A program made the position numbers and the translations under genes. A stretch of 63,334 nucleotides of DNA, the filler included. It is 8 parts of 8 records of this genome, joined end to end, with 100 filler letters (N's around TTAATTAATTAA, not from the genome) between each part and the next. Parts side by side here need not be neighbours in the genome. Positions count along the whole stretch, not along the records: positions 1 to 11,851 come from DRR723986_29604; positions 11,952 to 19,326 come from DRR723986_29737; positions 19,427 to 32,127 come from DRR723986_29772; 5 more parts are not named here. One strand, 5' to 3'. Each line of letters starts with the position of its first letter. Within the stretch, counting starts at the first letter, position 1. The notes under the pieces were generated by a model, which saw nothing but the letters and a program-made list of their open reading frames with translations, was not told the DNA's origin and searched no databases. Shown here piece by piece: positions 10,290-22,003 of the stretch.

Positions 10290-10317
10290 AAGCAACCTAA
10301 TATATATTATGTAAAGT
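10290..10317 (+). other. dif: dif-like XerC/XerD recombination site
   Basis: AAGCAACCTAA-TATATA-TTATGTAAAGT; 11-6-11 layout with a near-canonical XerD arm and spacer; intergenic. Confidence 0.7.
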
Positions 10318-10396
10318 AAGGTGTTCGAATTCTGCCCCACTGCTGCGTACTTAGTGAGCTCAGTTACATCCAGCGACTGAATTATATAGGCTGCTG

Positions 10397-10633
10397 CTAA
10401 TCATGTTCTTTTGCTCCGGCTTCGTCAGCTGCATCAGAACCAGATTGTTGTTGGGCACGTATAGCAGCGGCGGATGCGATTCCAATTGCAATTCCAACAG
10501 CGACACCAATACCTATGTTGCCAAGGGCTACGCCAAAAGCTGCCCCAATTCCCGCTCCGAGAGCAATGCCCATGCCCAGCTTTTGATCTCGTTCTTTTTT
10601 CTGTTCGTCCTCGTTTTTCTCATTTTTCGCCAT
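10397..10633 (-). CDS. Small glycine-zipper membrane protein
   Basis: GMGIALGAGIGAAFGVALGNIGIGVAVGIAIG repeats; ATG of MAKN taken as start. Confidence 0.7.
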   Translation of the reverse strand: MAKNEKNEDEQKKERDQKLGMGIALGAGIGAAFGVALGNIGIGVAVGIAIGIASAAAIRAQQQSGSDAADEAGAKEHD

Positions 10634-10869
10634 TTGAAGCCCCACCCATAATCGAAGTCAATATATGCCTCTGTGCGAAGCATAAATCCAGAAAAAATCC
10701 AGCAGGAATTACAACGGCAACAGTGATTTACAAGCAATTTATAATTCGTGGATCGGGTCAATATAACACAGTTTGGGCTTTATCATAACGTTCACATTTC
10801 AAATCCAGTCTGCGCAGATGCGTCAAATACGCGGAGTATAACATGCACGCACATTTAACACGTAACAAC

Positions 10870-11787
10870 ATGTCGCAAAAAGCTCTGACGGCCGCCGGCC
10901 TTGATATTGGAACCAATACTATTCTCATGGCGATTGCCAAGCGCGATGCCAACGGAAACACTGCAATTCTGAGCGACCAACATTCCGTGGCGCGTCTGGG
11001 CGCGGATGTTGACAAAACTGGCAGGATTTCCGACGAGGCAATTGCGCGTGCATGCGCCATACTTGCGCGATACAAAACTCTGTGCAGCGAACATCAGGTT
11101 AGCTCTGTTTTTGCAGTTGCAACTAGTGCGATGCGCGATGCTTCCAACTCCAGTGAGGTTCGCCGGCAGCTCGAAGCCGCATTTGGTTTTCCGATTCACG
11201 TTATTGATGGTGAGCACGAGGCGCGGCTTTCGTTCCTGGGGGCTTCTCCCGGCGGACCGTCGACCGTGATCGATATTGGCGGTGGAAGTACCGAGATTGT
11301 GAGTGGAAATGACGCGGGGCCGGCACATGCCAGGAGCCTCGAAATTGGAGCCGTGCGTCTCAGTGAGCGCCACTTCCCTGCTCTGCCGCCCGATAGCGCT
11401 AGTATTGAGGCTGCACGCAGCAGCGTTCGCGAGCACCTTAAACAAATTGGCTGGTCGGATTTTGGAACTCTGGTTGGCGTTGGCGGAACACCCACGAGCC
11501 TGGCGGCGATGGCCCTTAAACTGGATCAGATGCAGCCGGAAAAGCTGGACGGTATTACAATTAGTGCGCAACAAATTTCCGAACTCTGTGCGCATTTGTT
11601 AACGATAGAAGTTGAAACGATTCGCAATCATCCGGCAATTCATCCGCACCGCGCTGATATTCTGCCGATGGGTGCGATTATTCTGGATGAGATTATGCAG
11701 TTCTGTGGAGCTTGCGAACTTCAAATTAGTATTCGCGGTTTGCGGTATGGAGCTCTGCTACAGGCGCTGGGCAGTAAACGTGTCTGA
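10870..11787 (+). CDS. ppx: Exopolyphosphatase Ppx/GppA family
   Basis: DIGTNT, ATSAMRDASN, DIGGGSTE, GVGGT, RADI, GLRYG motifs. Confidence 0.9.
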   Translation: MSQKALTAAGLDIGTNTILMAIAKRDANGNTAILSDQHSVARLGADVDKTGRISDEAIARACAILARYKTLCSEHQVSSVFAVATSAMRDASNSSEVRRQLEAAFGFPIHVIDGEHEARLSFLGASPGGPSTVIDIGGGSTEIVSGNDAGPAHARSLEIGAVRLSERHFPALPPDSASIEAARSSVREHLKQIGWSDFGTLVGVGGTPTSLAAMALKLDQMQPEKLDGITISAQQISELCAHLLTIEVETIRNHPAIHPHRADILPMGAIILDEIMQFCGACELQISIRGLRYGALLQALGSKRV

Positions 11788-11851
11788 ACGGGCGGTATTT
11801 GGGGTTTAACGGGAAATGAGATTGGATTGGACGGTTCTCTGCGTGATCAAG

Positions 11852-11951
11852 NNNNNNNNNNNNNNNNNNNNNNNNNNNNNNNNNNNNNNNNNNNNTTAAT
11901 TAATTAANNNNNNNNNNNNNNNNNNNNNNNNNNNNNNNNNNNNNNNNNNNN
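11852..11951. other. Artificial contig junction (N-run plus TTAATTAATTAA)
   Basis: Same 100-nt spacer recurs at 19327-19426, 32128-32227, 38687-38786, 45572-45671, 51740-51839, 57948-58047. Confidence 0.97.
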
Positions 11952-13341
<1,390 letters not shown>

Positions 13342-13343
13342 CC

Positions 13344-14360
13344 ATGATGACCGCGTCTGACGATACAGCGGCCAAGCCGGCCAAGAGGTCTTCCATAGAC
13401 TTCAAGACGATTGGCCCCGCAGTTGCCCTTCTGATCCTTTGCATCATCGGCTTTCTGCTGAACCCTGCCTTCGTCAGCGAAGGCAATCTGACCAACCTTC
13501 TGACCCGCTCTGCCTTTATCGGCATCATTGCTGTCGGGGCGACCTTCGTCATCACCGCCGGAGGCATCGATCTGTCTGTGGGGTCCATGGCGGCAGCCAT
13601 TTCCGGTGTCATGATCATCATCATGAACAACGCCGTCGAGACCATGGGCAGCGGCGTTCCGACAGTTCTGCTCGGCTGCGGCCTTGCCATCGTGCTGGGC
13701 ATCGGGGCCGGCTGGGTGAACGGTGCCCTGACCACCAAGGGCAAGATCGAAGCCTTCATCGTGACGCTCGGCACCATGGGCATCTATCGCTCGCTGGTGA
13801 CCTACTTTGCCGATGGCGGAACCCTGTCGCTCAACTTCGATATTCGCGGAACCTACAGGCCTGTCTATTACGACACGTTTCTGGGCCTGCCCTTCCCTGT
13901 CTGGGTGTTCATCGCGGTTGCCATCTGCGGCTGGCTGCTGCTGAACCGCACCGCGTTCGGCCGCTATTGCACGGCCATCGGTTCGAACGAGGCTGTCGCC
14001 AGATATTCGGCGATCAACGTGGACCGTGTGAAGACGCTTACCTATGTCATCCAGGGCCTGTGCGTTTCCTTTGCCACCATCATTTACGTGCCCCGCCTTG
14101 GCTCGGCGTCCGCGTCCACCGGCGTGTTGTGGGAACTTGAGGCGATCGCCGCGGTCATTATCGGCGGTACGGTGCTGAAGGGTGGGTATGGCCGGATCGG
14201 CGGCACCATCCTTGGTGCGCTCATTCTCACCACCATCGGCAACATTTTGAACTTCACCGATGTGATCTCGAATTACCTGAATGGAACCATGCAGGGCCTG
14301 ATCATCATCGTCGCAGTGTTTCTTCAGCGCAGTGACTGGAAGCTCCGCAAGAGCAAGTAA
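13344..14360 (+). CDS. Sugar ABC transporter permease (RbsC family)
   Basis: GGIDLSVG, FIVTLG, ELEAIAAVIIGG motifs. Confidence 0.93.
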   Translation: MMTASDDTAAKPAKRSSIDFKTIGPAVALLILCIIGFLLNPAFVSEGNLTNLLTRSAFIGIIAVGATFVITAGGIDLSVGSMAAAISGVMIIIMNNAVETMGSGVPTVLLGCGLAIVLGIGAGWVNGALTTKGKIEAFIVTLGTMGIYRSLVTYFADGGTLSLNFDIRGTYRPVYYDTFLGLPFPVWVFIAVAICGWLLLNRTAFGRYCTAIGSNEAVARYSAINVDRVKTLTYVIQGLCVSFATIIYVPRLGSASASTGVLWELEAIAAVIIGGTVLKGGYGRIGGTILGALILTTIGNILNFTDVISNYLNGTMQGLIIIVAVFLQRSDWKLRKSK

Positions 14361-14466
14361 GCCCCTGACCTGATTTCAACCGAACCGGGACCCGTCCCCA
14401 ATTCAAATACCGGATCGCACCGGACGGGAGAGGTGCGTCCAGATGGCAGCATTGAAGGAGGAAGCA

Positions 14467-15423
14467 ATGCTCATGAAGAAAGCTTTGGGAGTGATCGCGG
14501 TAACCGGTGCGCTGGCCTTTGCGGGCGCTGCGGTTGCACAGGAAAAAATCAAGATCGGCGTCAGCTATCCGACCCCGACCCATGCCTGGGCAGCCGGCAT
14601 GAACTGGCACGCGGAGCAAGCGGAAAAGCGGCTTGAGGCGCTTTATCCGGATGTCGATCTCATCCTGGTGAACTCGCCGGATCCGGAAGCACAGGCAAGT
14701 GCCCTGGAAGACCTGGTCTCCGTTCACCAGATCAAAGCCCTGGTGGTTCTGCCGTTCGAATCCGAACCGCTGACCGACCCGGTGCTGAACGTCAAGAAAT
14801 CCGGTGCATGGATCACGGTCGTCGACCGCGGCCTCAGCCAGCCGGGCATCGAAGACCTTTATGTGGCCGGCAACAACCCGGAACTGGGCCGTGTTTCCGC
14901 TCAGTACATGAAGACCCGCCTGAAGGACGGCGACAACATCGTCATCCTGCGCGGTATTCCGACGGTCATCGACAATGAGCGCTTCGACGCGTTCATGGCG
15001 GAAATCGAAGGCTCCGGCATCAACGTGCTCGACCACAAGCACGCCAACTGGAACCGCGACGACGGCTTTGAAGTGATGCAGGACTTCCTGTCCCGCTTCC
15101 CGGACATCGACGCGGTCTGGGCCCAGGACGACGACATCGCCATTGGCGTGGTTGCCGCCCTGAAACAGGCTGGCCGTGACGGCGACGGCATGTTCGTCGT
15201 TGGCGGTGCCGGCATGAAGGAAACCATCAAGGCAATCATGGATGGTGACACCCTTATTCCGGTCGACGTTCTCTATCCGCCGGCAATGATCGCCACCGCC
15301 ATGGACCAGACGGTTGCCGCCTTCAAGTCCAATGGTCCGGTTGCTGGCCGCTACATTCTCGGTGCGACGCTGATCACGCCGGAAAATGCTGAAAACTACT
15401 ACTTCCCGGATTCGCCCTTCTAA
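14467..15423 (+). CDS. Sugar ABC transporter periplasmic binding protein
   Basis: Signal peptide, RbsB-like fold, GGAGG RBS. Confidence 0.9.
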   Translation: MLMKKALGVIAVTGALAFAGAAVAQEKIKIGVSYPTPTHAWAAGMNWHAEQAEKRLEALYPDVDLILVNSPDPEAQASALEDLVSVHQIKALVVLPFESEPLTDPVLNVKKSGAWITVVDRGLSQPGIEDLYVAGNNPELGRVSAQYMKTRLKDGDNIVILRGIPTVIDNERFDAFMAEIEGSGINVLDHKHANWNRDDGFEVMQDFLSRFPDIDAVWAQDDDIAIGVVAALKQAGRDGDGMFVVGGAGMKETIKAIMDGDTLIPVDVLYPPAMIATAMDQTVAAFKSNGPVAGRYILGATLITPENAENYYFPDSPF

Positions 15424-15440
15424 GGCTTCGGGACGTAGCA

Positions 15441-15476
15441 GGCCGGGGTCTTTCGCGATGGGACCCCGGCCCTTTC
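15441..15476 (+). terminator. Stem-loop after the binding-protein gene
   Basis: GGCCGGGGTC...GACCCCGGCC followed by CTTT. Confidence 0.6.
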
Positions 15477-15513
15477 CACCTCACCTCACCTTCCCCGATT
15501 TCTGGAGAATGTC

Positions 15514-16569
15514 ATGAAAACCATAAAGGGTCCGGCGTTGTTTCTCGCCCAGTTTGCGGGGGACGAAGCGCCGTTCAATTCCTGGGCGTCGATCACGAAA
15601 TGGGCCGCGGATTGCGGCTATCTTGGCGTTCAGGTACCCAGTTGGGACAGCAGGCTGATCGACCTTGAAAAGGCAGCCAGTTCCAAGACCTATTGCGACG
15701 AATTCATTGGGACAGCGCGCGAGAACGGTGTCGAGATCACCGAGCTTTCAACCCACTTGCAGGGCCAGCTCGTTGCCGTGCACCCGGCCTATGACACGGC
15801 TTTCGACGGCTTTGCCGCGCCGCATGTCCATGGCAATCCTGCCGCCCGTCAGGCCTGGGCGGTCGACCAGGTCAAACTGGCCCTGGCCGCAAGCCGCAAT
15901 CTCGGCATTTCGGCCCACGCCACCTTTTCCGGCGCGCTTGCCTGGCCCTATGTCTATCCGTGGCCGCAGCGTCCTGCCGGACTGATCGAAACCGCATTTG
16001 ACGAACTTGCCAGACGCTGGCGTCCGATCCTCGACTATGCCGAGGAAATGGGGGTTGATGTCTGTTACGAAATTCACCCGGGTGAGGACCTGCATGACGG
16101 CATCACCTTCGAGATGTTCCTGGAGCGCGTCAACGGTCACGACCGCTGCAAGATGCTCTACGATCCGTCCCACTATGTGCTGCAATGCCTTGATTATCTG
16201 GACAATATCGACATCTACAAGGACCGGATCGGCATGTTCCACGTCAAGGATGCCGAGTTCAACCCGACCGGACGTCAGGGTGTTTATGGCGGCTACCAGT
16301 CGTGGGTCGACCGCGCCGGACGCTTCCGCTCCCTTGGCGATGGTCAGGTTGATTTCGGAGCCGTCTTTTCCAAGATGGCCGCGAATGATTTCGATGGCTG
16401 GGCCGTGGTTGAGTGGGAATGCTGCCTGAAGCACCCTGAAGACGGGGCCCGGGAAGGCGCGGACTTCGTGAAGGCTCACATCATCCGCGTGACCGAAAAG
16501 GCCTTTGACGATTTCGCCGACGGCGGCAGTGACGAGGCAGCCAACCGGAAAATGCTCGGGATCAACTAG
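15514..16569 (+). CDS. Sugar phosphate isomerase/epimerase (xylose isomerase-like TIM barrel)
   Basis: EIHPGED, DPSH, HVKD, EWEC metal-binding motifs. Confidence 0.88.
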   Translation: MKTIKGPALFLAQFAGDEAPFNSWASITKWAADCGYLGVQVPSWDSRLIDLEKAASSKTYCDEFIGTARENGVEITELSTHLQGQLVAVHPAYDTAFDGFAAPHVHGNPAARQAWAVDQVKLALAASRNLGISAHATFSGALAWPYVYPWPQRPAGLIETAFDELARRWRPILDYAEEMGVDVCYEIHPGEDLHDGITFEMFLERVNGHDRCKMLYDPSHYVLQCLDYLDNIDIYKDRIGMFHVKDAEFNPTGRQGVYGGYQSWVDRAGRFRSLGDGQVDFGAVFSKMAANDFDGWAVVEWECCLKHPEDGAREGADFVKAHIIRVTEKAFDDFADGGSDEAANRKMLGIN

Positions 16570-16631
16570 AGTTTTGGCTTCGACGAGGCAACAATTGGAC
16601 GGGTCGGCGACGACGCTCGCCACCTCTCACT

Positions 16632-16737
16632 CTCGTCATGAGGAGGACCGCCCGGTCCGTTTCGAAGGGTGGGCTGCAATCTTGAAAACAAGTGGCCCCT
16701 CCCTCGAAAAAGCGCATCCGCGCTTCCTCAGCATGAG
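16632..16737. repeat. Degenerate rhizobial palindromic intergenic repeat
   Basis: CTCGTCATGAGGAGG...TTTCGAAGGG / CCCTCGAAA...CTTCCTCAGCATGAG nested inverted repeats. Confidence 0.55.
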
Positions 16738-16818
16738 GTTTCTATGTATGTAAACAACGCGTGTAATCGATTACAGCGCGCGGCACGATAGAACAGAAAC
16801 AGTTTCAGGAGGAGCGAT

Positions 16819-17979
16819 ATGGCCATCGAAGGAAAAGACACCGTGCAGACGCGCCCGATCCGGCTCGGCATGGTCGGCGGCGGCAAGGATGCCTTTATCG
16901 GCGCCGTTCACCGAATTGCCGCGCGCATCGACGGCGCCTACGACCTGGTGGCAGGCGCCCTCTCTTCCACCCCGGAGAAAGCGCTTGAATCTGGCCGCGC
17001 GCTCGGCCTCAAGGAAGATCGCATCTATGGCTCCTTCGAGGAAATGGCCAAGCGTGAAGCCCGGCTGAAAGACGGCATAGAAGCCGTTGCCATCGTCACG
17101 CCGAACCACATGCACTATCCGGCGGCGAAGGAATTCCTGAAACGCGGGATCCATGTCATCTGCGACAAGCCTCTGACTTCGACCCTGGCCGATGCCAAGA
17201 AATTCGTGAAGGCTGCGGAAAGCTCCGATGCCCTCTTCTTCCTGACCCACAACTACACCGGTTATCCGATGGTTCGGCAGGCACGCGAGATGGTGGCCAG
17301 TGGCGACCTCGGCACGATCCGCGTCGTTCAGGTGGAGTATCCCCAGGACTGGCTGACGGTGGAACAGCACAACAAGCAGGCTGATTGGCGTACAGACCCG
17401 GCACGCACGGGCCTTGGCGGCTCCACGGGCGATATCGGCACTCATGCCTATAATCTTGCCTGCTTCATCACAGGCCAGTCGGCGGAAAGCCTTGCAGCCG
17501 ATCTGCAGTCCTTCGTTCCGGGCCGTCAGGTGGATGACAACGGCCACGTGATGCTGCGCTACGCCAGCGGCGCGCGCGGCATGCTGTGGTGTTCGCAGGT
17601 GGCACCGGGCAACGAGAACAATCTCAAGATCCGGATCTATGGCGACAAGGCCGGGCTCGAGTGGCACCAGGAAGACCCGAACTATCTCCACTACACACCT
17701 TTCGGAAAGCCGAAGCAGCTGCTGACCCGGGGCGGTGCCGGCATGCTCGACAGCATCGCCTCGGCCACCCGTGTGCCGCCAGGACATCCGGAAGGCTATC
17801 TGGAAGGCTTCGCCAACCTCTACAAGGACGCTGCCGACGCCATCCGTGCCCACCAGTCCGGCAAGGACGCCAGCTCTCTGGTTCCGGGAATCACGGACGG
17901 ACTTGCCGGCGTGCGCTTTGTCGACGCCTGCGTCCGCTCTTCGGCGAAAAACGCTGCCTGGGTGAAGCTGGACGGATAG
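16819..17979 (+). CDS. Gfo/Idh/MocA family oxidoreductase
   Basis: GMVGGG, TPNHMH, CDKP, GDIGTHA motifs. Confidence 0.92.
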   Translation: MAIEGKDTVQTRPIRLGMVGGGKDAFIGAVHRIAARIDGAYDLVAGALSSTPEKALESGRALGLKEDRIYGSFEEMAKREARLKDGIEAVAIVTPNHMHYPAAKEFLKRGIHVICDKPLTSTLADAKKFVKAAESSDALFFLTHNYTGYPMVRQAREMVASGDLGTIRVVQVEYPQDWLTVEQHNKQADWRTDPARTGLGGSTGDIGTHAYNLACFITGQSAESLAADLQSFVPGRQVDDNGHVMLRYASGARGMLWCSQVAPGNENNLKIRIYGDKAGLEWHQEDPNYLHYTPFGKPKQLLTRGGAGMLDSIASATRVPPGHPEGYLEGFANLYKDAADAIRAHQSGKDASSLVPGITDGLAGVRFVDACVRSSAKNAAWVKLDG

Positions 17980-18003
17980 TCTTGCCCATTGTCACACTTC
18001 ACG

Positions 18004-18033
18004 AAGCCCGGGCTCTGCTGCCCGGGCTTTTGT
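18004..18033 (+). terminator. Rho-independent terminator
   Basis: AAGCCCGGGC-TCTGCT-GCCCGGGCTT followed by TTGT. Confidence 0.8.
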
Positions 18034-18174
18034 CGTTTTCAGGGCACGTTCCCTTGAGAAAGCAGGGTCACAGAACAACATCCTTGCCGCTCTCGGCAAT
18101 TCCACACGGTGGTGTGTACCGTACCCTGGAATTTGACTTGGAGCGGGAGGGTGAATGGCGGGCCTCATCCCTTC

Positions 18175-18289
18175 CTCGTCGCGCCATGGCTCAACCGTGG
18201 TTTCCATGCCCCTTCCTGACCTCTGTCACGCCTCCCGGAAATGGCTCCGCATCGGCGTGGATTGCCGGATCAGACCCGGAAACGATGAG
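18175..18289. repeat. Degenerate alphaproteobacterial REP-like pair
   Basis: CGTCGCGCCATGGCTCAACCGTGGTTTCCATGCC ... GGCGTGGATTGCCGGATCAGACCCGGAAACGATG. Confidence 0.4.
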
Positions 18290-18439
18290 GGAAAGAGGCA
18301 ATCCAGATCGTTATTTTTTTCATTATTACAGATACTTACCCTTCCTGTTCGCACCGCACAACGCTACTCGCTTTACAAAAGTAATAAAGTATTACTTAAT
18401 GATTTTTGTGAGGAGAATATACCTTGTGGAGGAGACCCT

Positions 18440-19326
18440 ATGAAACTCAAGGCAATGCTTATTGCCGGGGCAATGTCGTTTGTCCCGATGACCGCCATGG
18501 CTGCCGATCTGACCATCGGTTTTTCGCAGATCGGATCTGAATCCGGTTGGCGTGCAGCTGAAACAACTGTCACCAAGCAGGAAGCTGAAAAGCGCGGCAT
18601 TGATCTGAAATTTGCCGATGCCCAGCAGAAGCAGGAAAACCAGATCAAGGCGATCCGGTCCTTCATCGCACAAGGTGTCGATGCGATCCTGCTCGCCCCT
18701 GTGGTTGCCACCGGTTGGGACGAAGTCCTGGAAGAAGCCAAGGATGCCGAGATCCCGGTCGTGCTGCTTGACCGGACTGTCGACGCACCGGAAGATCTTT
18801 ACATGACCGCCGTCACGTCGGATCTGGTTCACGAAGGCAGCGTCGCCGGCCAGTGGCTGGTTGATGAAACTGCCGGCGAGAAGTGCGACATCGTCGAACT
18901 TCAGGGAACAACCGGTTCCAGCCCCGCCATCGATCGCAAGAAGGGCTTCGAGCAGGCGATTTCCGGCCATGACAATCTGAACATTGTCCGTAGCCAGACC
19001 GGCGACTTCACCCGCAGCCAGGGCAAGGTCGTCATGGAAAGCTTCCTGAAGGCCGTTGGCGGCGCCAACATCTGTGCCCTTTATGCCCACAACGACGACA
19101 TGGCCGTCGGCGCCATCCAGGCGATCAAGGAAGCAGGGCTGAAGCCCGGCGAGGACATCAAGATCGTCTCGATCGACAGTGTTCCGGACATCCACCTGGC
19201 GATGGCAAACGGCGAAGCCAATGCCACGATCGAACTGACCCCGAACATGGCAGGCCCGGCGCTGGACGCGCTTGAAGCCTACCTTGCAGATGGCACGATG
19301 CCGCCGAAGTGGATCCAGACCGAGTC
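18440..19326 (+). CDS. ytfQ: Galactofuranose ABC transporter binding protein YtfQ-like, 3' truncated
   Basis: IGFSQIGSESGWRAAET and ADAQQKQENQIKAIRSFIAQ; GGAGGAG RBS. Confidence 0.88.
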
Positions 19327-19724
19327 NNNNNNNNNNNNNNNNNNNNNNNNNNNNNNNNNNNNNNNNNNNNTTAATTAATTAANNNNNNNNNNNNNNNNNN
19401 NNNNNNNNNNNNNNNNNNNNNNNNNNTTTCTTGATCGGCGCAGCGAGGGCATTGCGACCTGTGTTCGCTGAGCGATGAGCGATGGCGAGATTTGGGTGCT
19501 GTATCGCCTTGCCGACTTTGCGATGCTTCCCGGCGGCTTCGAAGCGCGGGGCGGTTCCGCAGGGAACCGATGCGAAGACGCCTATGCGTTTCGCATGCCC
19601 CAATCCAGAAGCATTAAGCCGGATCAAGAAGCATTGCTTAGGCAAGGTGGCACAGCATCCAAGTCGAGCACCACGCTGAAATTCAAATCGAACTCTGCGA
19701 AACCAGTATCGTGCCTAGCAGCGC

Positions 19725-21071
19725 TCAAACAACCGTCGCTTCAGCAAGCCCAGGTTTGGAAGTCGCGCCAGCCTTCGCCAGCGGCATCAGAATGGTGAAG
19801 GTACTGCCTGCATTCGGCCTGCTTTGAATGTCCAGTTCACCATCGTGGCGTTGCACCACATGTTTCACAATGGCAAGGCCCAATCCCGTACCACCGCTTT
19901 CACGGGAACGGCTGCGGTCTACACGGTAAAACCGCTCGGTCAATCGCGGAATATGCTCTGCTGAAATGCCAATACCGGTGTCGCGTACCATAAAAGCAGC
20001 ACAGGCTTTGCCAATTTCGTTTTCTGCGCGTCGCAGCGTGATCGTTATATTTCCCTTCTCGGGCGTGTAGCGCACTGCATTGGTCACAATGTTCGAGAAA
20101 GCACTGAAAATTTCGGCCGAGTTGCCAAAACCAATGAGACCTTTTTCCACATCTACAGAAATATGGTGTTTGCCTGCTGAGAGCTGCTGTGCTTCATCGC
20201 CTGTTTTTTGAGCAATTCCGCTCAAGTCAACTGGCTCGCCACCTTCGCCTGCATTGGGCGAAGACTCCAGCGCTGACAAGGCCAGCAAGTCTTCTACCAG
20301 GTTTTGCATGCGGTTGGCCTGGGTGTACATCAAATTCAGGTACTCGGTTTGCTGTTCCTTGCTCAACGGAAGGTCGCGGAAGGTTTCCAGAAAACCGCTT
20401 AACACCGTCAGCGGGGTTTTCAGTTCATGCGACACATTGGCAATGAAGTCGCGGCGCATGCGTTCAAGCTTTTCCACCTGCGTGACATCTCGGGAAAGCA
20501 CCAGCATTTGCTGGTCACCATAGCTGACCAATTGCACCGACAAAACCTTGCTGCGGCTGCGTGGCGCAGTCATGATCAAGGGCTGTTCCCAAGAGCGGCT
20601 GCGAATGTACTTGGAGAAGTTCGGATTGCGAACCAGGTTAATCAATGGTTGCCCGATGTCACTGCCCAGTTTCAAGCCCAGGTGGTCCTGGGCTGTGTCG
20701 TTGCACCAGGAAATGTGGCCTTCCGAATCAAGCGTGACAACGCCGTCGGGCAGGGCTTGCGCCGCGGTGCGAAATGAAACCAGGGCATTGGTCAGCGCTT
20801 GTTGTTGGCGCTGGTGTAAACGCAAATAGCGAAACAGTTTTGCGGCCAGGTCATCCCACCAGCCTGAGACATCAGGCACATTCTCGACCTTGAAATCATC
20901 CAGCCACGCAATGATTCGCAGCCCGGAGCGCACATGCAGTGCATACACCACCAGCGAGGCCAGAATAGACCCCGCCACTGCGCCTTGGTGGCCAGCAACC
21001 ATTTGGCCCACGATGGCGGCTGCACCCAGCACCATGGCCAACAGTATCAATCGAAAAAAGATGAACGCCAT
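19725..21071 (-). CDS. phoR: Phosphate regulon sensor kinase
   Basis: DFIANVSHELKTPL, HATPase FYRVD...GGTGLGLAIV, PAS region; directly downstream of phoB. Confidence 0.95.
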   Translation of the reverse strand: MAFIFFRLILLAMVLGAAAIVGQMVAGHQGAVAGSILASLVVYALHVRSGLRIIAWLDDFKVENVPDVSGWWDDLAAKLFRYLRLHQRQQQALTNALVSFRTAAQALPDGVVTLDSEGHISWCNDTAQDHLGLKLGSDIGQPLINLVRNPNFSKYIRSRSWEQPLIMTAPRSRSKVLSVQLVSYGDQQMLVLSRDVTQVEKLERMRRDFIANVSHELKTPLTVLSGFLETFRDLPLSKEQQTEYLNLMYTQANRMQNLVEDLLALSALESSPNAGEGGEPVDLSGIAQKTGDEAQQLSAGKHHISVDVEKGLIGFGNSAEIFSAFSNIVTNAVRYTPEKGNITITLRRAENEIGKACAAFMVRDTGIGISAEHIPRLTERFYRVDRSRSRESGGTGLGLAIVKHVVQRHDGELDIQSRPNAGSTFTILMPLAKAGATSKPGLAEATVV

Positions 21072-21111
21072 AGGTGCGTATTCTAGGGGAATATCCCCTC
21101 AAGGGGAGCCC

Positions 21112-21819
21112 TTAGTTTAGTGCACCTTCGTTTTGCGTTGCAGTAAATCGGTAGCCAGCACCGCGAACAGTCTCAATCAGGCGATCGTGGCCCGAAATAG
21201 TCAAGGCTTGGCGCAGCCGTCGAATGTGCACATCCACGGTACGTTCTTCAACAAAAACATGGTCGCCCCACACCTGATCCAGCAACTGGGTTCGGCTGTG
21301 TACGCGTTCCGGGTGGGTCATGAAGAAGTGCAGCAGACGGAATTCAGTGGGGCCCATGTCAATAATTTTGTCATGCCCCATGATGCGGTGTGTCACAGGG
21401 TCCAGTTTCAGGCCATGAACTTCCACAATATCGTCGGTTAGCTGCGGCGCACGGCGACGCAGCACCGCTTTGATTCGTGCCAGCAATTCCTTGGGCGAGA
21501 AGGGCTTGGTGATGTAATCGTCTGCGCCCGCTTCCAGGCCATCTACCTTGTCTTGTTCTTCCGTACGCGCGGTCAGCATGATTACTGGTACATGGCGCGT
21601 ACGCTCGTGGCCTCGCAGTTCGTGCGCAAATTGAATGCCGGTTTTACCAGGCAGCATCCAGTCCAGCAGCACCAGGTCAGGCAATTCCGCGGTGATCAGG
21701 GTTTTGGCCTGGTCCGCATCGGCGGCCCGCAGCACTTTGTGACCTGCAAAGCTCAAATTGACGGCAATCAATTCTGCAATTGCGGGTTCATCTTCGACAA
21801 CTAGGATGGTGCTGGACAT
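21112..21819 (-). CDS. phoB: Phosphate regulon response regulator
   Basis: LLDWMLPG, MGPTEFRLLHFFM, EERTVDVHIRRLR; start MSSTIL after GAGG RBS. Confidence 0.95.
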   Translation of the reverse strand: MSSTILVVEDEPAIAELIAVNLSFAGHKVLRAADADQAKTLITAELPDLVLLDWMLPGKTGIQFAHELRGHERTRHVPVIMLTARTEEQDKVDGLEAGADDYITKPFSPKELLARIKAVLRRRAPQLTDDIVEVHGLKLDPVTHRIMGHDKIIDMGPTEFRLLHFFMTHPERVHSRTQLLDQVWGDHVFVEERTVDVHIRRLRQALTISGHDRLIETVRGAGYRFTATQNEGALN

Positions 21820-21882
21820 CTCGTTCTTCCTCTTCTCTGGCATATTTGTGGTCTGCAATGCCACCTAAAGTAGTGGATTTCC

Positions 21883-21900
21883 ATGACAGTAATATGACAC
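21883..21900 (-). promoter_or_regulatory. Pho box (PhoB autoregulation)
   Basis: Minus strand GTGTCATATTACTGTCAT: two TGTCAT repeats 11 bp apart upstream of phoB. Confidence 0.85.
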
Positions 21901-22003
21901 TTGAATGAATCGTCATCAAATTAATCCCGTGCCGTGGTGTAAACCGCTGTTGGTCTTGATGAGATACACTTGAGGATTACGCATTCCAAAGACCCTAAGC
22001 AGC

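Noticed and set aside
10319-10345. GTTCGAAT resembling a tRNA T-loop
   Set aside because: Flanks do not form a T-stem or acceptor stem.
11852-11951. Recurrent TTAATTAATTAA inside N-runs (seven times)
   Set aside because: Artificial all-frame-stop concatenation linker. Gene adjacencies across these junctions have no biological meaning.
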